A stretch of DNA of 64,000 nucleotides from Candidatus Omnitrophota bacterium. Its GTDB lineage: Bacteria; Omnitrophota; Gorgyraeia; 2-01-FULL-45-10. The stretch is from positions 331 to 64,330 of the forward strand of contig JAFGJL010000010.1 of NCBI GenBank assembly GCA_016929115.1, in the 5' to 3' direction. Every line of letters begins with the position of its first letter. Positions within the stretch are counted from its first letter, which is position 1. The notes under the pieces were generated by a model. It saw only the letters and a program-made list of their open reading frames with translations, was not told where the DNA came from and ran no database searches. The position numbers and the translations under genes are program-made. Of this stretch, positions 8,465 to 17,864 are shown piece by piece.

Positions 8465-9542
8465 TTTTTATGTCTTCCATGAAGCGGTCGATGTGGCGTG
8501 TCACATCGGCCGGTTTTATGCGGTCAAGGCATTTGAATGTATCGCAGGCGTTATGCTTGAAATTCCTGTAGCAGGGCCTGCATGCCTCGTCGCTCGTCAC
8601 CGTGACGAAATCCGCCTTCTGCGGATACGGCCCGTATATCCGCTCATCGACCGGGCCGAAGATCGATATGGTCCGTTTCTTCAGTCCCACAGCTATATGC
8701 AACGGGCCGCCGTCATTCGTGACGATGAGATCGCACCGGTCCAGAAGCGCGGCGAACTGCCCGAGCGACGTCTTGCCGCACGCGGTGACCGGCCGCGCCT
8801 TCATCTTCGCGTCGACCTCATCGCATATCAGCTTCTCCCTCTCGTCCCCGAAGATAGCTATCTTGCAGTCATACCTCTCGGCAGCGTAGTCGGCCACCTC
8901 GGCGAACTTCGAGGGCAACCATCGCCGGTACTTCGCGTTCCGGCCCCAGCTTGCACCGCAACCCGGAATGATGCCGCATACGCAGTCATCCTTATTGATG
9001 CCATGCTCAGCCAAAAAGCGCTCTGCCCATCGCCTGTCCTCATCCGCGACACAGACCTCTATGCACTTATCGGAGACGTCGATACCAAGCGGACGCCCCA
9101 GGTCCAGGTAATACTCGATGACGTGTTTGCCGTTAAAACCCTCCAGCATGATCTTATCGGTCAAAAACTTGCCACGATCCCTGTAGTTAAACCCTATGCG
9201 CCGCCGTATATGGGTAAAAGCTGCCAGGAGCAGGCTGCACTGATAGCCCAGCGACATATCGATAGCTACGTCGTAACCGGCCCTGTCCAGCGTCTTCAGG
9301 AGGCCATAAAGGGCCTTCAGGCATCTTAGCTTCGATTCCTTCCATAATTTCCGGTAGTCGTCCTTCTCGAATATATGGATGCCCGATATCTGGGGATTGT
9401 CCTTTATGATGCCGTAGGCCCTTTTGTTGCAGACGTAATCGATAGAGGAATCTGGGTACGCTCTTTTAAGCGCTCTCACAAGAGGCGTCGAAAAGAGGAC
9501 GTCCCCTACGCCGAACGGGTTTATGATGAGTATCTTCTTCAT
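8430..9542 (-). CDS. GT9 family ADP-heptose:LPS heptosyltransferase-like glycosyltransferase
   Basis: KKILIINPFGVGDVLFSTPLVRALKRAYP, the hallmark GT9 N-terminus, with a C-terminal GT-B half (TNDGGPLHIA). Confidence 0.8.
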   Translation of the reverse strand: MKKILIINPFGVGDVLFSTPLVRALKRAYPDSSIDYVCNKRAYGIIKDNPQISGIHIFEKDDYRKLWKESKLRCLKALYGLLKTLDRAGYDVAIDMSLGYQCSLLLAAFTHIRRRIGFNYRDRGKFLTDKIMLEGFNGKHVIEYYLDLGRPLGIDVSDKCIEVCVADEDRRWAERFLAEHGINKDDCVCGIIPGCGASWGRNAKYRRWLPSKFAEVADYAAERYDCKIAIFGDEREKLICDEVDAKMKARPVTACGKTSLGQFAALLDRCDLIVTNDGGPLHIAVGLKKRTISIFGPVDERIYGPYPQKADFVTVTSDEACRPCYRNFKHNACDTFKCLDRIKPADVTRHIDRFMEDIKNESHARIPGDI

Positions 9543-9544
9543 AT

Positions 9545-10825
9545 TTAAGCGCCTTCCGATATCCGGCCCATCGATGCCAAAAGTCCTGCCGACACCCAGA
9601 AGAGCGCGGCAAGATTAAGCGAAAACAGGTTTGTGTCCGTGAAAGCGTGAACAAGATATGCGATCATGCCCAGAGCGAGACCTGCCTGCATGCAACGAAG
9701 GAGAGCGTCTTCCGTCTTGCTTATCAGGTGCCGCGCGCGCCACACAAGCGCTGCCGCAAAGGCCAGGAATGCCGACAGACCCAATAATCCGGTATCCGCG
9801 GCTATCTGAAGATAACAATTATGGGCATAGGACCCCTTTTTGCCCTTGTATTCATCTTCGCGGATATTCATATAATTCACAAAGAATGTGTTGATGCCGC
9901 TGCCGATGACCGGATGCTGTTTGAATATCTTCCAGCCGTTTGACCACATGGTGTTCCTTTCAGCGATGCCGCCGAAAGACGTTACCGCCCCCTTCATGTG
10001 TTTCTTGAGAACGAACGGGCTTGCCAGCAATATGATGACCGCGAAAAGCGCGAGCGGTCTTTTTATGCTGCGGAACTTTATGCTGAATAGGGGAGCGATC
10101 AGGAGTCCCACGCCAAAAGCAAGCCAGGCCCCCCTAGTCTTGGTCAATATAAGGAATAGCATAAGGCATGCGGACAGGAGCGCAAAAAATATCCTGGCCA
10201 GGGGCTTTCCTTTATATGCTATGGCCATAATCGCTACGGGAAAGATCATTACCAGGATCCATGACGCGAAATCGTTCGGGAACGGGAACGACGCGGTCGG
10301 GGCCCCAAGGAACGTGGTTATGCGCGGATGTATTGAGCCAGGATATGTGACCATGAACGAGGTGCTGAACTGGAAGGAGGGATACCCGTGGAGTATATCG
10401 ACATAGGTGACGAAATACTGGATGAACGCGTCGATCACTATGACCACGCACGATATGAGCGCCATAACGGAGAAGTTCTTTATCTTTATCCTGTCATTGA
10501 GGGCCTCCTGCGCGACCAGGAAAAGCGCCGCGAACTTCAGGATCTTGGTAAAGAGCGCCTTAAGGCTCAAGGCTGTGTATGCGGTATTGATAAAGGACGG
10601 CAGCGACGCGAGGACAAAGGCCAGCAGCGCTATGTTGACCGCATTGAGAGCGAACAGCCTTTCCCTCTTCAATGCCTTCCTGGCCATGACCGCCACCAGA
10701 GCGACCACTATGCCGATCTCGATGATCGATTTCGAAAAGGGCAGGGCAAATATCAATATGTAAAGCGCCCAGGCCGCTATTTTGTCGAAATACCGCGCTA
10801 TTCTTTCGCGCTGCTCGCTTATCAT
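9545..10825 (-). CDS. O-antigen ligase/polymerase family (WaaL/Wzy_C-like) polytopic membrane protein
   Basis: KTRGAWLAF, GIAERNTMWSNGWKIFKQHPVIGSGINTF and YAHNCYLQIAADTGLLG match Wzy_C signatures. There are many TM helices. The start is set at the internal ATG 10825, with a verified ATGA overlap. The 112-aa upstream extension begins with GTG, is not membrane-like, and is rejected. Confidence 0.7.
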   Translation of the reverse strand: MISEQRERIARYFDKIAAWALYILIFALPFSKSIIEIGIVVALVAVMARKALKRERLFALNAVNIALLAFVLASLPSFINTAYTALSLKALFTKILKFAALFLVAQEALNDRIKIKNFSVMALISCVVIVIDAFIQYFVTYVDILHGYPSFQFSTSFMVTYPGSIHPRITTFLGAPTASFPFPNDFASWILVMIFPVAIMAIAYKGKPLARIFFALLSACLMLFLILTKTRGAWLAFGVGLLIAPLFSIKFRSIKRPLALFAVIILLASPFVLKKHMKGAVTSFGGIAERNTMWSNGWKIFKQHPVIGSGINTFFVNYMNIREDEYKGKKGSYAHNCYLQIAADTGLLGLSAFLAFAAALVWRARHLISKTEDALLRCMQAGLALGMIAYLVHAFTDTNLFSLNLAALFWVSAGLLASMGRISEGA

Positions 10826-11850
10826 TTTTTCTTCCGTCCGAACCGTTTCGTGTCTACGAGCGCCAATCTCAAGCCCAACACCAGCATGACCATGAAGACA
10901 AGGAATGCCACCACAAGGCTCGTCGTCCAGTATGCCTTCGTCACCGTCACGGCCGCGAGCCCCAGGAAGACGCATACGCCATATATGACAAGGACCGCCC
11001 TGAAGCGCTTTAATCCAAGCAGGGCCAGACGGTGCGACGAATGGTCCTTCCCGCCCTGGAATATTGAGCGCCTCTCCAGCATCCTGACCACCGTAACGAG
11101 AGTAGTGTCGAATATGGGGTAACCGAGGATAAGGATCGGGATCATGATCGACGTCGTCCACGAGGACGTCTTCCAGCTTGCCAGTATAGCTATCGTAGCG
11201 AGAAGATACCCGAGAACGAGGCTTCCTGCATCGCCCATAAAGATGCTTGCCTTGGGAAAATTGTGTTTCAGGAAACCCAAAGCGCTCCCCGCCACGGCGA
11301 AAGAGAGCGCGGCCACCATGCCCTGGCCGCTCATGTACGCGACCGTCCCCAGGAACGCCGCGGAAATAACGGCTATGCCGGCCGAAAGGCCGTTCATGTT
11401 GTCCAGAAGGTTGAACGCGTTCGTGATGCCTATTATCCAGAGATATGAGAATATTACATCGAGGTAGTAATTATTGAAAAATTCTATCCTCACGCCGGCC
11501 TTAATGGCGACGAGGGCCGCGAGGAACTGGCCCAGAAGTTTTATATTGGGCATCATGCCCATCTTGTCGTCGATAAGTCCGATCATAATGAGTATGAAAA
11601 TACCGCCTATCATGGCTTGCACATAGCCTGAAGATATGAGATCAACCTTCGTGAGGACCGCGATCAGGAAGGCGAAGAATATCGCGAGGCCTCCCAGAAG
11701 CGGCGTAGGATGGGCGTGGACCTTGTTGTCGTGAGGATGGTCAAGATATCCGAATCTTAAGGCAAGTCTCTTGATGAACGGGATAAGCGAATACGAGACG
11801 ACCAGCGCTACGAAAAAAGCCTCAAGGATCTGAGCTATCTGCATACGCAC
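10822..11850 (-). CDS. Polyprenyl-phosphate N-acetylhexosamine-1-phosphate transferase (MraY/WecA/GPT family initiating enzyme)
   Basis: IGLIDDKMG (DD motif), NAFNLLDNMNGL and IFMGDAGSLVLG, in a polytopic membrane protein of 342 aa. Confidence 0.8.
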   Translation of the reverse strand: MRMQIAQILEAFFVALVVSYSLIPFIKRLALRFGYLDHPHDNKVHAHPTPLLGGLAIFFAFLIAVLTKVDLISSGYVQAMIGGIFILIMIGLIDDKMGMMPNIKLLGQFLAALVAIKAGVRIEFFNNYYLDVIFSYLWIIGITNAFNLLDNMNGLSAGIAVISAAFLGTVAYMSGQGMVAALSFAVAGSALGFLKHNFPKASIFMGDAGSLVLGYLLATIAILASWKTSSWTTSIMIPILILGYPIFDTTLVTVVRMLERRSIFQGGKDHSSHRLALLGLKRFRAVLVIYGVCVFLGLAAVTVTKAYWTTSLVVAFLVFMVMLVLGLRLALVDTKRFGRKKK

Positions 11851-11853
11851 CTC

Positions 11854-12840
11854 TTATGTGAACTTCGGCTTATGTTTGAAATCCATGACGATCCTGGAGA
11901 GGAGCTCGTCTATCTCGATCTCCGGCTTGAACTTCGTCGATCTTTTCAGTTTCGTTATGTCCGGCTCGCGGTGGCGCATGTCCTCGAACCCCTTCTCATA
12001 CGCCTTGTCATACGGGATATGGTGTATCGGCGACCTTGAACCGGTCAGCTCCTTTATCCTTTTGGCTAACGCATTTATCGTTACCTTGTTGGCGGGATTG
12101 CCGATGTTGTATGCCTCGCCGTATAACCTTTGAACGTCGGCCAGGAGCATTACTGCCTTCACCGCGTCCGATACGTCGGTAAAGCACCTTGTCTGCTTGC
12201 CGTCGCCATAGATGGTAATGGGCTCGTTGGCAAGCGCCTGCCTGACGAATCGCGGGACGACCATGCCGTAGCGGCCTGTCTGGCGCGGCCCGCAGGTGTT
12301 GAAGAACCTGATTATTGTCACGGGCAGTTTCTTCTCCTTGAAATACGCGAGCGCAAGGAACTCATCAAGGGCCTTCGTGCACGAATAGCTCCAGCGCGAT
12401 ATCGATGTCGGGCCCAGGACGCGGTCGTCGTTCTCGTTAAAAACGCTCTTGCCGGGCCTGTCCTTGCCGTAGATCTCGGATGTCGAGGCGATGAGGACTT
12501 TTTTATTGCCGTACTCGTGCGCGAGCGACAGCACCATCTCAGTCCCGCCAACGTTGGTCAGGATCGTCTCGAGCGGATGGTCTATCACATACCTGACGCC
12601 GACAGCGGCGGCAAGATGATATATGACGTCGCATTTCTCGACAAGCTCTATCATGAGCGTCTTGTTCATGATGGTATCAATGTAATAGGTGAAATCCTTC
12701 ATCTCTTTCAGATGCGCGATATTCTCCACCCTGCCCGTGGAAAGGTTATCGATAACGGTTACGGTATCCCCTCTCTGCAGGAGCGCCTCCGCAAGATGCG
12801 AACCGATAAAACCCGCACCGCCTGTGATTAGGCATCTCAT
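11854..12840 (-). CDS. NAD-dependent nucleotide-sugar epimerase/dehydratase (extended SDR)
   Basis: CLITGGAGFIGSH (GxxGxxG) and YSCTK (YxxxK). Length is 328 aa. Confidence 0.8.
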   Translation of the reverse strand: MRCLITGGAGFIGSHLAEALLQRGDTVTVIDNLSTGRVENIAHLKEMKDFTYYIDTIMNKTLMIELVEKCDVIYHLAAAVGVRYVIDHPLETILTNVGGTEMVLSLAHEYGNKKVLIASTSEIYGKDRPGKSVFNENDDRVLGPTSISRWSYSCTKALDEFLALAYFKEKKLPVTIIRFFNTCGPRQTGRYGMVVPRFVRQALANEPITIYGDGKQTRCFTDVSDAVKAVMLLADVQRLYGEAYNIGNPANKVTINALAKRIKELTGSRSPIHHIPYDKAYEKGFEDMRHREPDITKLKRSTKFKPEIEIDELLSRIVMDFKHKPKFT

Positions 12841-14078
12841 TTCTTTCTCCTTTTCGCTTCAAAACGATCAAGATACAGCTTCGTCATGTTCTTCACCAGG
12901 TTTTCCTTGCTGAAATACGCGCTGCGCTTCAGGCCCTCGGCGCCGAGACGGTGCCTCAGTTCCCCGCTCTCGATGAGCCTGATGAGACCCGCGACAAAAC
13001 CGCCAAGATCGTTCTTCTTGACGAGGATGCCGTTGGCGCCGTCCTCCACAATATCGCCGACGCCACCTACATCTGTCGCGATGACCGGCCTCGAACAGGC
13101 CATCGCCTCGATAAGGGCCAACGGCGTTCCTTCGTTCAGCGAAGTAAGGGCCACGACGTCGAGCGCCTTATAAAGGACCGCGAGGTCATCGCGCCATCCG
13201 AGAAAGCGAACGCAGTCTTCTAAGCCGATCGAGTTAGAAAAACTCTTCAAGACGCCTGAGAGCTCTCCGTCGCCCGCGATGACAAAGACAGCTTTAAGAT
13301 CAGGCCGCCTCTTGCGCACCCCGGCAGCCGCGCTTAAGAACATTATATGGTTCTTGACCGGCACGAGCCGTCCTATAATACCTACCAGTACGGTCTTATC
13401 ATCTATCGCGAGCTCTTTTCGCAAGTCCACCGACACGCCGTTCGACGCGCTTAACCGGCTGATATCGACCCCAAGCGGAATGACCGCGCATTTAGAGCCA
13501 GGCATGATCTTGAACCGCCGCGCTATATCATCTTTCTGGCGCTCGCTCAAGACTACAACTTTATCGGTGACGAGCCCCAGGAACCGTTCGATCATGACAA
13601 AGAGCGCAGTCTTGACCGGACCGAAATAATGCTCAAAGACGTTGCCGTGGAAAGTGTGTATCTTCACCTTGACGCCGCACAAAGCCGCGGCCATCCTGCC
13701 GAGCGTACCCGCCTTGGCCGTGTGCGTGTGGACTATGTCCGGCCTTTCCCTTCGTATGATACCGAGTATCTTGAAGAAAGCCTTTATATCGCCCAGAGGA
13801 CTTATTTCGCGCCCCAGTTCCGGCACAAGCTCCATATCTACGCCCTGCTGCTCCATGAGGTATTTAAAGCTTCCCTCGCCTTTTGCCAAAGAACCGTAGA
13901 TAACCTTTGTCGAAAAGGTCTTAGCGTCCAGCGAAGATGAAAGTATGGACGCGTTGACGGCCGGACCGCCTATATTGAGCCGGGCGATTATCCTGAGGAC
14001 CCTTATCCTCCTTCGCCCTTCAACAGAAGACTGAGGTAGGGCTTCGGAGGATCCCGCAAAGTGCTTCATATTATCCAT
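12837..14078 (-). CDS. GT4 family glycosyltransferase
   Basis: EGTPLALIEAMACSRPVIATDVGG (the GT4 EX7E region) and a GT-B N-domain with HTH..AG. An alternative ATG at 14069 would give an ATGA overlap with the small upstream ORF. Confidence 0.8.
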   Translation of the reverse strand: MDNMKHFAGSSEALPQSSVEGRRRIRVLRIIARLNIGGPAVNASILSSSLDAKTFSTKVIYGSLAKGEGSFKYLMEQQGVDMELVPELGREISPLGDIKAFFKILGIIRRERPDIVHTHTAKAGTLGRMAAALCGVKVKIHTFHGNVFEHYFGPVKTALFVMIERFLGLVTDKVVVLSERQKDDIARRFKIMPGSKCAVIPLGVDISRLSASNGVSVDLRKELAIDDKTVLVGIIGRLVPVKNHIMFLSAAAGVRKRRPDLKAVFVIAGDGELSGVLKSFSNSIGLEDCVRFLGWRDDLAVLYKALDVVALTSLNEGTPLALIEAMACSRPVIATDVGGVGDIVEDGANGILVKKNDLGGFVAGLIRLIESGELRHRLGAEGLKRSAYFSKENLVKNMTKLYLDRFEAKRRKK

Positions 14079-14383
14079 CTAGAATTTTCCGCCGCGCGGC
14101 CTAGCGCGTTCATTATCCCGCTGCCCCGATAAATATTGCCGGCAAAATTGAATATGGCGTTTTTCAACAGCGCGAGAAAATTCACGGCAGCCGACAGGGA
14201 CGCTGAATGGGCTGAGGCCGCGGCAAATACGGAACCTGCCCGCGACGAGAACTTCGCCGCGGCGCCTACGAACGCCGAATTTGAATAGTAGGTGCCCAGC
14301 GCCCTTTCGAGCCTATTAAGAAAGCTGCCGCCGAGAGTTGCCATGCCGGCCAAAAGATCCAATGTGACGCTTCCCCGCATCAT
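14066..14383 (-). CDS. Small hypothetical protein (105 aa, Ala/Ser-rich)
   Basis: The ORF is exactly bracketed by ATGA junctions at both ends (14380..14383 and 14066..14069). There is no recognisable domain. Confidence 0.35.
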   Translation of the reverse strand: MMRGSVTLDLLAGMATLGGSFLNRLERALGTYYSNSAFVGAAAKFSSRAGSVFAAASAHSASLSAAVNFLALLKNAIFNFAGNIYRGSGIMNALGRAAENSRWII

Positions 14384-14850
14384 GCTTTATCGCCTGCTTT
14401 CGTATCAAAATCAAGGATTGTCCCGTCCAGGACAGAATAGACCGGGTTCAACAAAACGATATTTGAATTTATCTTGATCGGCGTATTGGCGCAATAATAC
14501 TCACCGTTCAATATGACGCATTTCGCCTTTATGAGGACGATCACGTCGCTGTATCCGGCCTCCTTGTCGCCATAGCCTTTAACGGGCTTTATCTCCAGCA
14601 CCTTCTTTATCCTGGCATTGCCGCCCATTATGGCCTCGTCGGGCCTGAAGATCTTCCTGTTATTGGCTACCTCGGTCGGCAGGCGGCACAATACTTTCAC
14701 GTAAAGCTCCCGGCTCAGCTTTTCGGTCTTTGCCCTGTCCGAGAAGTTGATCCTTACGGACATGGCGACCCCCGCGATCAGCAATATCACCAGAAGATCT
14801 ATGAGGTTTATTATACCGAATAATCTGCCCTTATTATCTACCAGCCGCAT
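14380..14850 (-). CDS. Hypothetical membrane-anchored protein (N-terminal TM helix, DUF4330-like)
   Basis: GIINLIDLLVILLIAGVAM N-terminal helix followed by a soluble domain of about 120 aa. This protein type often accompanies polysaccharide loci. Confidence 0.5.
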   Translation of the reverse strand: MRLVDNKGRLFGIINLIDLLVILLIAGVAMSVRINFSDRAKTEKLSRELYVKVLCRLPTEVANNRKIFRPDEAIMGGNARIKKVLEIKPVKGYGDKEAGYSDVIVLIKAKCVILNGEYYCANTPIKINSNIVLLNPVYSVLDGTILDFDTKAGDKA

Positions 14851-16093
14851 ACTCGCTCCTTTTTTTGAACAGGAACCGGTAAAGTTTAGATATACTGAAA
14901 CTGAAGAATATAAGCACCAGCGGCTCTACGAGCCATCTATGCCTCCCCTCCACATAAAAGAAACTCTGCATACAGCAGACGGCCATTAAGACGAATACGA
15001 TGAGCAGCGCCCCCTCCCTGGTCGCGTTATTCCCGGAGAAAACGGCGAGCAGAAGTCCCGCAACTGAAAGCGGCAGCATAACCGAATAGAGCCATTTATA
15101 AATGACAAGGTATAGCCTGGGATACAGATAACCGCTCTGGTCCGAAAACCACCAGAAGTAACGGATCTTTGTGAAATAAAGTCCGATAAAACGCGCCGGG
15201 TTGCGCCTTATAAAGGCGAAGGCCTCGTTCTCGAAGAACTTCTTCTGCCCCAACTCGTCCAGTGAACGGACCTTCTCCTGAAAACCGGCTGGCCACAGGC
15301 CCAGTATCGATCTTCCGTCCTTTGTCAGCGATGCCCCTGTCGCGAGCTCATTATTGCCGCGCCAGAAATTTTCCCCGGTGGTCGATACTATAAAAACGAA
15401 TTCTTTTTGGACCGTGTAATTCCGTATCAGCCATGGCGATATCACTATAAATGCCGCGAGCACCATAAAAGATGCCAGCTTAAGTTTCGTTTTGAAACTG
15501 GCGCTCTTAACGAACAGGAATAAGAACAGGAGCAGGAACGGCAACAGGGACCCGATCATCCCCCTGCTCAAGGTTCCCAACCCTATGATACCGCCGATAA
15601 GCAACGCCCTTAAGGCAGTAGGCCTGTCCTTAAAGCGCAGAAAAAGATAGGTGGCTGAGGCTATAAAGAACGAGTCGATGCTGAGCGGTATAAGGTTAAA
15701 AACATCGTAATACATATAGCCCGGGTGAAAAACGACGAGCGTTGCCGCGATTAACGCGACATCTTCATCGAACAGGGCCTTCGCGATATTGAATATAACG
15801 GCCGCAAGAGCCAGCGAAAAGAGCGCCTGCAGCAAAAGGACCGCCAGATAACTGTGGTTCGTCAGTAGATATATCCCCGCGCATAGATATGTATAGAGCG
15901 GGGTCGTCAAAGACCTGCATGAAGCCCCTAAGAAATTCCCGTACAGGAAGCCCTTGCCGGCCAGGATGTTATTGATTATCTCCTCAAATTCCCATTTCAC
16001 GGGATGGGCATACGTCTTAAAGGCGATTATCAGCGCTATCCTGATCAAAAATGCCGCAGCCAAAATTATGATAAGTTTCTTCTTCATGTCCAC
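14834..16093 (-). CDS. GT-C fold membrane glycosyltransferase, ArnT/PMT (GT39/GT83, COG1807)-like
   Basis: Polytopic protein of 419 aa. An acidic WEFEE loop follows TM1. The overall TM architecture is typical of polyprenyl-P-sugar-dependent GT-C enzymes. Confidence 0.6.
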   Translation of the reverse strand: MDMKKKLIIILAAAFLIRIALIIAFKTYAHPVKWEFEEIINNILAGKGFLYGNFLGASCRSLTTPLYTYLCAGIYLLTNHSYLAVLLLQALFSLALAAVIFNIAKALFDEDVALIAATLVVFHPGYMYYDVFNLIPLSIDSFFIASATYLFLRFKDRPTALRALLIGGIIGLGTLSRGMIGSLLPFLLLFLFLFVKSASFKTKLKLASFMVLAAFIVISPWLIRNYTVQKEFVFIVSTTGENFWRGNNELATGASLTKDGRSILGLWPAGFQEKVRSLDELGQKKFFENEAFAFIRRNPARFIGLYFTKIRYFWWFSDQSGYLYPRLYLVIYKWLYSVMLPLSVAGLLLAVFSGNNATREGALLIVFVLMAVCCMQSFFYVEGRHRWLVEPLVLIFFSFSISKLYRFLFKKRSEYAAGR

Positions 16094-17082
16094 TAGGAGA
16101 CCTTTACCCCTGTCCCTCTCCAGCTGTTCTTATTCCTGAAAGATATATTGATATCGCTTAGACCCGCCCTTTTAAACCAGCTCTCTATCTCATTCTTGCT
16201 TATATACTGGGTCTTGGCAGCTACCAGCTGATCGAAGACTATATTGAATATATAACGGAAATTAAAGGCCGCTATCGAATCAAGATAATCGTTCAGGGGG
16301 ATGAATCTTGTAACGGGTTTCGTGAAACGCATCTTGTTAAGCGGGTATATGATAAATCTGGACATTGTAAAAAGGAGCGCTGACGCCGGAAACGACAAAA
16401 CATAGAGTAGAAAACGCGGCATCCTGGATGTGATATGCAGCCTCACGGGATCGATGAACTTCCTCACTATGAAATTGCCCTCTTTCGCGTAAACCCAGAC
16501 CGAGATACGCCCGCCCTTCTTAAGCAGCTTCGTGAGCGATCTGAAACCTTCTTCCGGGTCAGGCAGGTGATGCAGCACCCCTATGCAATAGACGTAGTCA
16601 AAGACCTGCGATAGCGGGACGTTATATATATCGGCCTGCATCAAATGAACATTGCTGAATTCCCTCGTATTCTCATGCGCAACATCTATTGCCTTGCTCA
16701 GATCTAACCCCACCACCTCTTTTGCGCCGAACATTGCGGTCTGGTAGACATGGCGGCCGTTACCGCAACCGGCGTCGAGCACTACCTTATCCTTGAGATC
16801 ATTTGGCGAGACGGGCCATATCCAGCTGAGGAACTGCTGACGGTAAAAATCATAATATTCCGGGAAGGCCGTCCATGAATAACCGAAGCCCTCAGCGGTC
16901 TTCTTCTTCAGTTCCGACAGCTTGGGATCGAGGAATCTGGGTATGCCCGATACTACGGGATAGCTGCTGCGGCATTTCCCGCATATCAGCTCACCGTTTG
17001 CGGAATCTTGCCGATCCGCGCCTTCAAACGCGCTGCGGCATTTCGGGCACACTAGTATCTCACACAGATACTTATCTATCAT
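16093..17082 (-). CDS. Trm112-like zinc-ribbon fused to class I SAM-dependent methyltransferase
   Basis: LVCPKCRS...CGKCRSSYP (Cys4 ribbon) then VLDAGCGNGRH (SAM motif I). The start is set at the ATG at 17082, with a verified ATGA overlap. Confidence 0.75.
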   Translation of the reverse strand: MIDKYLCEILVCPKCRSAFEGADRQDSANGELICGKCRSSYPVVSGIPRFLDPKLSELKKKTAEGFGYSWTAFPEYYDFYRQQFLSWIWPVSPNDLKDKVVLDAGCGNGRHVYQTAMFGAKEVVGLDLSKAIDVAHENTREFSNVHLMQADIYNVPLSQVFDYVYCIGVLHHLPDPEEGFRSLTKLLKKGGRISVWVYAKEGNFIVRKFIDPVRLHITSRMPRFLLYVLSFPASALLFTMSRFIIYPLNKMRFTKPVTRFIPLNDYLDSIAAFNFRYIFNIVFDQLVAAKTQYISKNEIESWFKRAGLSDINISFRNKNSWRGTGVKVS

Positions 17083-17864
17083 TTTACGCTTTCCTTCTTC
17101 CTGGCAACGCACATCACCGCTACACCGAAAGGAAGTCGTGTCTTCTTTACGATCCTGGACTCGAAGTCCAGGATACTGACTAATATGGAGTTCAGGAATG
17201 GAGGCAGGCTCTCGACCCTCGTCCTCTCTACCTTGAGAAAAGGCCTAAGGAGACCGTATTGGACGAGTCTTATGGCCGCAACGAACGGAAATAGGAAGAA
17301 ATTCGCATAAGTCATCCTCGCCACTTCAAACCCCGCCTTCTCAAGCTTAACCTTCAGATCGCATGCCGTATAGCGCCTCTTATGAAAATTGGCTATATCA
17401 TGCTGGCTCCATAGAAAACCGAAAGCCGGCACCGCGATCACGAGGAATCCGCCTTTTGCCATCACCCTGTTCATCTCCTTAAGCGCGCCCAGATCATCTT
17501 CTATGTGCTCTATTATATCGAAAGCGTTCATCAACGAGAACGACCCGTCCTTGTACGGGATATTTTCTGCCGACGCCTGGTTTAGGCATACAGAAGATCT
17601 CTCTTTCGTAAACCTCAGCGCATCCATGGACAGGTCCAGACCGTACACCTTTGCGGCATAGTTCCTGAGGTGGAGCATCTTTCCACCCGCGCCGCATCCC
17701 AGGTCCAGCGCCCGGCCCGTCCGGTCAAAACCTTTAAGGGACACTTCGAGGAAAGCGGCCCATATATCGAACATGCCCTTGTAAAACCAGTTCGTGTCCT
17801 TGAGCTTAAAATCCCTTTCGAACTCTTCTTTCGGCAGGTTCGTCACTATGCCCGCTCTCAGCAA
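17079..17864 (-). CDS. Class I SAM-dependent methyltransferase
   Basis: ALDLGCGAGG (motif I) and MNAFDIIEHIED...MAKGGFLVI (Methyltransf_11-like). Confidence 0.75.
   Translation of the reverse strand: MLRAGIVTNLPKEEFERDFKLKDTNWFYKGMFDIWAAFLEVSLKGFDRTGRALDLGCGAGGKMLHLRNYAAKVYGLDLSMDALRFTKERSSVCLNQASAENIPYKDGSFSLMNAFDIIEHIEDDLGALKEMNRVMAKGGFLVIAVPAFGFLWSQHDIANFHKRRYTACDLKVKLEKAGFEVARMTYANFFLFPFVAAIRLVQYGLLRPFLKVERTRVESLPPFLNSILVSILDFESRIVKKTRLPFGVAVMCVARKKESVK

Noticed and set aside
8244-9329. 361-aa plus-strand ORF, with similar long plus-strand ORFs at 5585-6841, 21897-22844, 3776-4579, 32153-32947, 34901-35785, 38582-39472 and 40457-41227
   Set aside because: Each lies entirely antisense to a minus-strand gene that has clear conserved domains. 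They have low-complexity Arg/Pro/Ala-rich translations with no motifs, the typical shadow ORFs of GC-rich DNA.
10826-11161. 112-aa N-terminal extension of the O-antigen-ligase-like gene (track ORF 9545..11161)
   Set aside because: It begins with GTG, overlaps the upstream WecA-like gene by 340 nt, and is hydrophilic and low-complexity. The internal ATG at 10825 gives an ATGA junction.
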